Source: Aquificales bacterium
Lineage (GTDB): Bacteria; Aquificota; Aquificia; Aquificales; QOAS01
Assembly (NCBI GenBank): GCA_027035985.1
Contig: JALVTI010000030.1
Span: 1 to 50,775, forward strand
DNA: 50,775 nt
Direction of reading: 5' to 3'
Both the position numbers and the translations under genes were made by a program. The number at the start of each line of letters is the position of its first letter. The first letter of the stretch is position 1. Below are positions 45,709-50,775 of this stretch, in pieces. The notes beneath the pieces were generated by a model that worked only from the letters and a program-made list of their open reading frames with translations, had not been told where the DNA came from and searched no databases.

Positions 45709-48051
45709 TTAGGTTACCTCGTCGGAGGATAGCTCATCCCCCTTGGCGGGTTCGTTTTGTTTGCTTTCCCTCCGTTGTTCCCTTTCCTTTCTCTCCTTTT
45801 CGCGGAGCTGTTCGTAAGTTCTACCCTCTTTGAGTTGTTTGAGGTATTCCTCTCCCCACTCGGTGATGTGGAGGTTTTCTATCTTCTGCTCGCCGGCGTG
45901 AACCCCGCGAGTGGTAAACTTCGGTCTTCCGAGTTCGTCGAGCTCGGCAACCTTTACCTTGATGATGTCTCCAACCTTGTAGAGGTCTCTGGCGTCCCTC
46001 ACATAACCGGGTATTTTGGAAACGTGGAGCAGTCCGACCTTGCCGGGTAGTATCTCCACAAAGGCGCCGTAGGGTTCAACCCTGGTGACCTTACCCACGT
46101 AGATATCCCCGACTTGGACGTCCTTGGTGATTTCCTGTATCATCTGTTTAGCCTTTTCGAGGGCTTGCTCGTTGGGCGCGCTTATGGAGACCTTACCGCC
46201 GTCGAGCACCCACACGGTGGTGCCGGTTTTCTCCTGAATTTCCCTAACTGTCTTTCCGCCGGGACCGATAATGAGGGTTCCCTTCTCCTCGGGAATTTCG
46301 ACGATTTCGAGCCTGGGCGCGTAGGGGGATAGCTTCTTCCTCGGTTCGGGTATAGCCTTATACATCAGGTCGAGGATGTAGTTTCTCGCTTTCTTAGCCC
46401 TCTCGAGGGCTTCCGCCATTATCTCCTTGGTTATTCCCTTGACCTTTATATCCATTTGGACGGAAGTAATACCGTCGCGCGTTCCGGCGACCTTGAAGTC
46501 CATATCGCCCAGGTGGTCTTCGTCGCCGAGTATATCGGTGAGGATTATGTATTTACCCGTCTCTTCGTCCATAACGAGACCCATCGCGATACCGGCAACA
46601 TGCTTGTTGTCCTTTACAGGCACGCCCGCGTCGAAGAGTGCCAGCGACGCCCCGCAAACGGTCGCCATGGAGGTCGAACCGTTGGACTCCAAGATATTGG
46701 AGACCACCCTAATGGTGTAGGGGAAGGTTTCCTCATCGGGGATAACCGGCTCGAGCGCCCTCTGGGCGAGATAACCGTGACCTATCTCCCTCCTCCTGGG
46801 GGGACCCCAAGGCTTAGCCTCACCGGTGGAGAAGGGCGGCATGAAGTAGTGGAGCATAAATCTCCTGTACCACTCGCCTTCGTAGATGCTCTCCTCGAGC
46901 TGAGCCTCTTCGGGCGAACCGAGGGTAACGCTAACCGCCGCTTGGGTTTGTCCCCTTCTAAAAATCGCGCTTCCGTGCGGTCTGGGGAACGGATGCAGGT
47001 CTATGGTTATCGGTCTAATCTCGTCCGGTTTCCTACCATCTATACGTATACCGGTGTCGAATAGGTGTTTCCTCATTATCTCGCTTTCCAATTCCTTGTA
47101 GTAGACCTTAGCCCTAAAGAGGAGCTCTTCAGGTATTTGTAGCGCCTCTATGGTCTCTTCCAAAATTCGGTCGAGAGCCTCTTTACGCTGACGCTTGTCC
47201 CTGATAAAGAGAGCCTGATAAATCTTGTCCGCCGCAAACTCCCTTATCTTCTCCTTCCACTCCTCCGGTAGGTCTATTTTCTCGTATTCGAATTTCGGGA
47301 CTCCCGCTATCTTCCTCAAGTCCTCTTGCAGTTTTATGAGGGGTTGGAGCGCCTGATGACCGAAGTAGAGAGCCTCGTTCAAGACCTCTTCGGGAACCTC
47401 CTTAGCCCCACCCTCGACCATTACAATCGCGTCCTTGCTGCCGGCGAGAACTATGTCGAGGTCGGCTTTTTTCCTCTCCTCGTAGGTGGGGTTTACCACA
47501 AACTCGCCGTCTATGCGGCAGACCCTAACGCCGGCTATGGGACCCTCGAAGGGTATCCTCGATATGTGGAGAGCCGCCGACGCCCCGGTTATCGCCAGCA
47601 CGTCGGGGTCGTATTTGTCGTCCGCCGATAGGAGCAAGGCGGTTATTATCGTGTCGTAATAGTAGCCCTTCGGGAAAAGAGGTCTTATCGGGCGGTCTAT
47701 AACCCTCGCGACCAAAACCTCGCGGTCGAGCGGTTTGCCCTCCCTTTTGGAGAAACCGCCGGGAATCCTACCGAAGGCGGCGGTCTGCTCCCTATACTCC
47801 ACCGCGAGGGGGGTAAAGTCTATATCCTCCATAGGTTTCTCGTCCATTACCGCGGTGACGAGAACCTGCGTTTCGCCCTGCTGGACTATCACCGCCCCGT
47901 CGGCGAGCCTCGCCACGTGCCCGGTGGATATCTTTATCGGTTCGGGATGTCCGGGAAGGGTTGCCTCAAGTTCGATTTTTTTAATCTCTTCCATCGGATA
48001 ATCTCTCCTTTCCTCTGCCATCTTCAAATTAAGAAATTTAATTCTCTCCAC
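45709..48051 (-). CDS. pnp: polyribonucleotide nucleotidyltransferase (PNPase)
   Basis: Two RNase PH domains, KH (GPGGKTVREIQEKTG) and S1 (VGDIYVGKVTRVEPYGAFVEI). The start is probably ATG 47994 (MEEIKK...), 8 nt after AAGGAGAG. About 60 aa of K/E-rich C-terminal tail. Confidence 0.92.
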   Translation of the reverse strand: MERIKFLNLKMAEERRDYPMEEIKKIELEATLPGHPEPIKISTGHVARLADGAVIVQQGETQVLVTAVMDEKPMEDIDFTPLAVEYREQTAAFGRIPGGFSKREGKPLDREVLVARVIDRPIRPLFPKGYYYDTIITALLLSADDKYDPDVLAITGASAALHISRIPFEGPIAGVRVCRIDGEFVVNPTYEERKKADLDIVLAGSKDAIVMVEGGAKEVPEEVLNEALYFGHQALQPLIKLQEDLRKIAGVPKFEYEKIDLPEEWKEKIREFAADKIYQALFIRDKRQRKEALDRILEETIEALQIPEELLFRAKVYYKELESEIMRKHLFDTGIRIDGRKPDEIRPITIDLHPFPRPHGSAIFRRGQTQAAVSVTLGSPEEAQLEESIYEGEWYRRFMLHYFMPPFSTGEAKPWGPPRRREIGHGYLAQRALEPVIPDEETFPYTIRVVSNILESNGSTSMATVCGASLALFDAGVPVKDNKHVAGIAMGLVMDEETGKYIILTDILGDEDHLGDMDFKVAGTRDGITSVQMDIKVKGITKEIMAEALERAKKARNYILDLMYKAIPEPRKKLSPYAPRLEIVEIPEEKGTLIIGPGGKTVREIQEKTGTTVWVLDGGKVSISAPNEQALEKAKQMIQEITKDVQVGDIYVGKVTRVEPYGAFVEILPGKVGLLHVSKIPGYVRDARDLYKVGDIIKVKVAELDELGRPKFTTRGVHAGEQKIENLHITEWGEEYLKQLKEGRTYEQLREKERKEREQRRESKQNEPAKGDELSSDEVT

Positions 48052-48145
48052 TCAAAGCCCTTTCTTGGAATTGAGATTGGAAAGAATCCTTAACCCTACC
48101 AAAGGTCGTTGACCTAATTTCGGGCTTCTGCTAACCCTTAGAGTT

Positions 48146-48805
48146 ATGCAAGTCGATTACACGCTCTACCTGATAACCGACGACGGCTATCTCGCCGATA
48201 GGGATTGGCTAAAGGCTATAGAGGACGCCCTAAGGGGTGGGGTTACCGTAGTCCAATACCGGTCTAAAAGTGGAACTAAGACCACCAAGGAGATGTATGA
48301 AGAACTTCTCCAACTAAGGGAACTTACCAAAAAATACGGTGTTCCCCTCATAGTGAACGATAGGGTTGACCTCGCCCTGGCGGTGGATGCCGACGGGGTT
48401 CACATAGGTCAGGACGACCTCCCCCCCGAGGTGGTTAGGAGAATCCTCGGAGAGGACAAGATAATAGGCATCTCCACCCACTCTTTGGAGGAGGTTGAAA
48501 GGGCGAACGACCTACCGGTGGACTACATCGCATTCGGCTCCATTTACAGGACACCGACAAAAGAAAAACCTATAGTGGTAGGTATAGAGCAACTAAAAGA
48601 GGCAAAGAAAATAGCAAAAAAACCCCTTGTGGCTATAGGGGGAATAATGTCCTACAATGTGGACGAGGTAATAAAGGCGGGCGCCGACGGGGTAGCAGTT
48701 ATATCTGCCATTTTGGGGTTTAAGGACACCTTTAAAGCCGCCGAGAGTATGAAGAGGGCTATAGAGAAAACCCGTAGGGAGTTGAAACTTTTGGGACTCC
48801 TATAG
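48146..48805 (+). CDS. thiE: thiamine-phosphate synthase
   Basis: YLITD, VQYRSK, VNDRVDLALAVDADGVHIGQDDL, ISTHS, and GGI...GADGVAVISAI. Confidence 0.88.
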   Translation: MQVDYTLYLITDDGYLADRDWLKAIEDALRGGVTVVQYRSKSGTKTTKEMYEELLQLRELTKKYGVPLIVNDRVDLALAVDADGVHIGQDDLPPEVVRRILGEDKIIGISTHSLEEVERANDLPVDYIAFGSIYRTPTKEKPIVVGIEQLKEAKKIAKKPLVAIGGIMSYNVDEVIKAGADGVAVISAILGFKDTFKAAESMKRAIEKTRRELKLLGLL

Positions 48806-48848
48806 AATTAGTCATATCCTTCTGCTACCACCGTTTGTTTGTGACCAT

Positions 48849-48875
48849 TAAACATTTTCTTCCTATTTCCGATTA
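48849..48875 (+). promoter_or_regulatory. candidate sigma-28 (FliA) promoter for fliD
   Basis: TAAA (48849-48852), then a 15-nt spacer, then TCCGATTA (48868-48875). The enterobacterial consensus is TAAA-N15-GCCGATAA. GGGAGG Shine-Dalgarno at 48895-48900, ATG at 48907. Confidence 0.45.
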
Positions 48876-48906
48876 CTAATTTTAAATAGTTGCCGGGAGG
48901 TTAACC

Positions 48907-50268
48907 ATGGCTGGAGAAATTTACTATCCCAATGTAACGGGAGCCTTCGATTGGGGAACTCTGTTAGATGGAATAATGCAAATGGAAAGTGTACGCCTCC
49001 AAAATTTGGAGGCTCAAAAACAAACTATAGACCAAAAATTGAATGCCCTTAACGATTTAAAAGGTAAATTAGAAGATTTGTACAATTTCACTTCCGGAAT
49101 CTCGGAGGACGACTGGTTTAATAAAAAAACGGTCGAAAATAATAATCCAAATATAGTTGACGTGTCTATTATAAATAATAATATTCCCGAGTATGTGGCT
49201 CAAGGAACCGTTAATAAAGTAGCACAGATAGAGATATCCTACTTTTCCAGAACTTTTAGTAGTCCCGATGAGCAATTCGATCCAAACAACCCTAATAAAG
49301 AATATACTTTAACACTTCGTTATAACACCGTTGATGGTCAAACCATAGAGAAAAATTTCACCTTTAAGGGAAGCGATACTCTGCAAAGTTTAATAGACCA
49401 AATCAATAACGATCCCGATATTGGTAAATATCTCCACGCCTATACAATGTATACGGGTAACGGATACCACTTTGCAATTATGGAGAAGGATGTTGCAGCT
49501 TCTGCCGAAGAGAGCACAGCGGGAACTTACAACTCCGGCGATTTGGAAGGAGTTTTAGGCGATTACGTTATAATGCAAGGTGCCAAAAATTCTGAAATAC
49601 AGATAGGCAACCAAACTTTTGATAATCCCGGTTATGATTTTACCGACATCCTACCCGGTTTAAAAATCCGGGTAAAACAACCCGGTAATTTCTCCGTTAC
49701 CATTAAAACGGACTATGATGGAATTGCTCAAAAATTCGTTGAATTAGTTAATAAGGTTAACGATATAATTAAAACCATTAATAAACTAACAAAAATAACT
49801 AAGCAAGGTGATCAGGTTAAGGGCCCTATTATAAGTGACTACTCTTTAAAGGAATTAAAAATAAGGTTGCAAAACTTATTTCAACCATTACTTTCTGACT
49901 CCAATATAGCCAAATACAACGTTGTAAACTTTAACGACGATGGAACTATAACCTTGAATAAAGCTGCTCTTAAAAACTTTCTCGAAGAGAATCCTAAAAG
50001 TAATTGGAATATTCTCTATCAAGTAGTAGAAAGTGCTAAAAATTTAAGCAATATTGCTTTAAATGATGCCTATGTTGCACCTCTTATAAAAGGTTACCGG
50101 AATATGGAAAATCAACTAGAAGAAGAGATTACTTCCTATCAGGAATACCTTCAGGAGAAACAGCAATTCCTAAAGCAACGTTTTGCGTATGTTGAAAGTT
50201 ATGTTGCCAAACTTCAAGATATCCAGGCAAAAATAAACAGCATATTGTCTGCTCAGATGCTTACTTAA
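48907..50268 (+). CDS. fliD: flagellar filament capping protein (hook-associated protein 2)
   Basis: N-terminal FliD heptad region (ESVRLQNLEAQKQTIDQKLNALNDLKGKLEDL). C-terminal coiled coil (QEYLQEKQQFLKQRFAYVESYVAKLQ). N/T/Q-rich central domain. Confidence 0.8.
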   Translation: MAGEIYYPNVTGAFDWGTLLDGIMQMESVRLQNLEAQKQTIDQKLNALNDLKGKLEDLYNFTSGISEDDWFNKKTVENNNPNIVDVSIINNNIPEYVAQGTVNKVAQIEISYFSRTFSSPDEQFDPNNPNKEYTLTLRYNTVDGQTIEKNFTFKGSDTLQSLIDQINNDPDIGKYLHAYTMYTGNGYHFAIMEKDVAASAEESTAGTYNSGDLEGVLGDYVIMQGAKNSEIQIGNQTFDNPGYDFTDILPGLKIRVKQPGNFSVTIKTDYDGIAQKFVELVNKVNDIIKTINKLTKITKQGDQVKGPIISDYSLKELKIRLQNLFQPLLSDSNIAKYNVVNFNDDGTITLNKAALKNFLEENPKSNWNILYQVVESAKNLSNIALNDAYVAPLIKGYRNMENQLEEEITSYQEYLQEKQQFLKQRFAYVESYVAKLQDIQAKINSILSAQMLT

Positions 50269-50295
50269 TTTCTTTCCCTTTATTATTTCCTTTGA

Positions 50296-50775
50296 ATGTT
50301 TGGGTCTTCCGTTGACCAAAAAGAGGGATTTCTAAAAAGTTCTATAGAAACACTCAAAGAGGTCTGCTCCAAATTCGGTTTCTCCCGAAAGGTGGAGGAG
50401 TTGGAAAAGTTCCTCCAAAGGTTGGAAAGTCCCTTTCTCATTACAGTTTTCGGGGAGGTAAATGCGGGAAAGAGTTCCTTTTTAAACGCCCTTTTGGGTA
50501 TTCCCGACCTCTGCCGAACGGACGTCGACATATGCACCGACCGAATAACGGTTATTAGATACTGCAAAACCCCCGAAAGGAAAAAAATAGATGAACTCAC
50601 CGAGGAGGTTTGCGTAAACAATTCCCTCCTAAGGGGGTTTACCGTTGTCGACACACCGGGAATAAACTCCGTTCTCGAACACCACACCTATATAACGGAG
50701 CAATTTCTCCCAAAGAGCGACGTCATTTTGGTGGTTCTCCCCGCCCCCAACCCCCACACCAAGCCTATATGGGAT
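50296..50775 (+). CDS. dynamin-family GTPase (bacterial dynamin-like protein), N-terminal 160 codons; continues past the right edge
   Basis: Absent from the ORF track because no stop is in the window. My translation from ATG 50296 gives MFGSSVDQKEGF...ITVFGEVNAGKSSFLNALLG (G1) ...VVDTPGINS (G3). The listed minus-strand ORF 50283..50687 is its shadow. Confidence 0.7.
   Translation, partial: MFGSSVDQKEGFLKSSIETLKEVCSKFGFSRKVEELEKFLQRLESPFLITVFGEVNAGKSSFLNALLGIPDLCRTDVDICTDRITVIRYCKTPERKKIDELTEEVCVNNSLLRGFTVVDTPGINSVLEHHTYITEQFLPKSDVILVVLPAPNPHTKPIWD

Noticed and set aside
50283-50687. 134-aa minus-strand ORF at the right edge.
   Set aside because: It is antisense to an open frame with clear dynamin-type G1 and G3 motifs. 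Its own translation has no recognisable features.

Overview
The window reads as a thermophile chromosome. This is inferred from K/E/R/I-rich proteins, GC-clamped UUCG hairpins, and pathway genes scattered singly as in Aquificota; no taxon can be proven from sequence alone.

From about 8.56 kb to the right edge it is mostly housekeeping:
- a complete respiratory nitrate reductase cluster, narGHJI, with narK and an adjacent outer-membrane porin
- amino-acid and cofactor genes: leuA, trpE, trpD, pdxA, thiE, and bioC, bioH-like and bioF
- replication, repair and RNA genes: ligA, polX, pnp, tRNA-Lys(CUU)
- envelope genes: lpxB, lspA, pgsA
- flagellar genes: fliQ, fliD and a Maf-type glycosyltransferase
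- a C-terminal-only pheT, and a partial dynamin-like GTPase at the right edge

The left 8.5 kb is different. It is visibly more A+T-rich and holds no housekeeping genes. It contains:
- a partial P-loop/SF1-helicase-like gene with a large unassigned N-terminal region, preceded by a small Cys-rich ORF
- a TumE/TumA-like toxin-antitoxin pair
- an AbrB-type antitoxin followed by an unassigned 129-aa protein
- a decayed PIN gene
- a DEDD-type exonuclease with a C-terminal zinc ribbon, placed head-to-head with a 1094-codon ORF in which I find no known catalytic motif

This island, and especially the exonuclease / 1094-aa pair plus the helicase-like gene, is my candidate for an undescribed conflict or defence system.

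Other points worth checking are an in-frame TGA splitting a phosphoribosyltransferase gene, the split pheT downstream of fliQ, a near-consensus sigma-28 promoter before fliD, a DUF4388 / Ras-like GTPase pair translationally coupled to bioF, and a recurring CCCTTCGGGGGAAAA hairpin motif. I saw no CRISPR array, rRNA, transposase or integrase.
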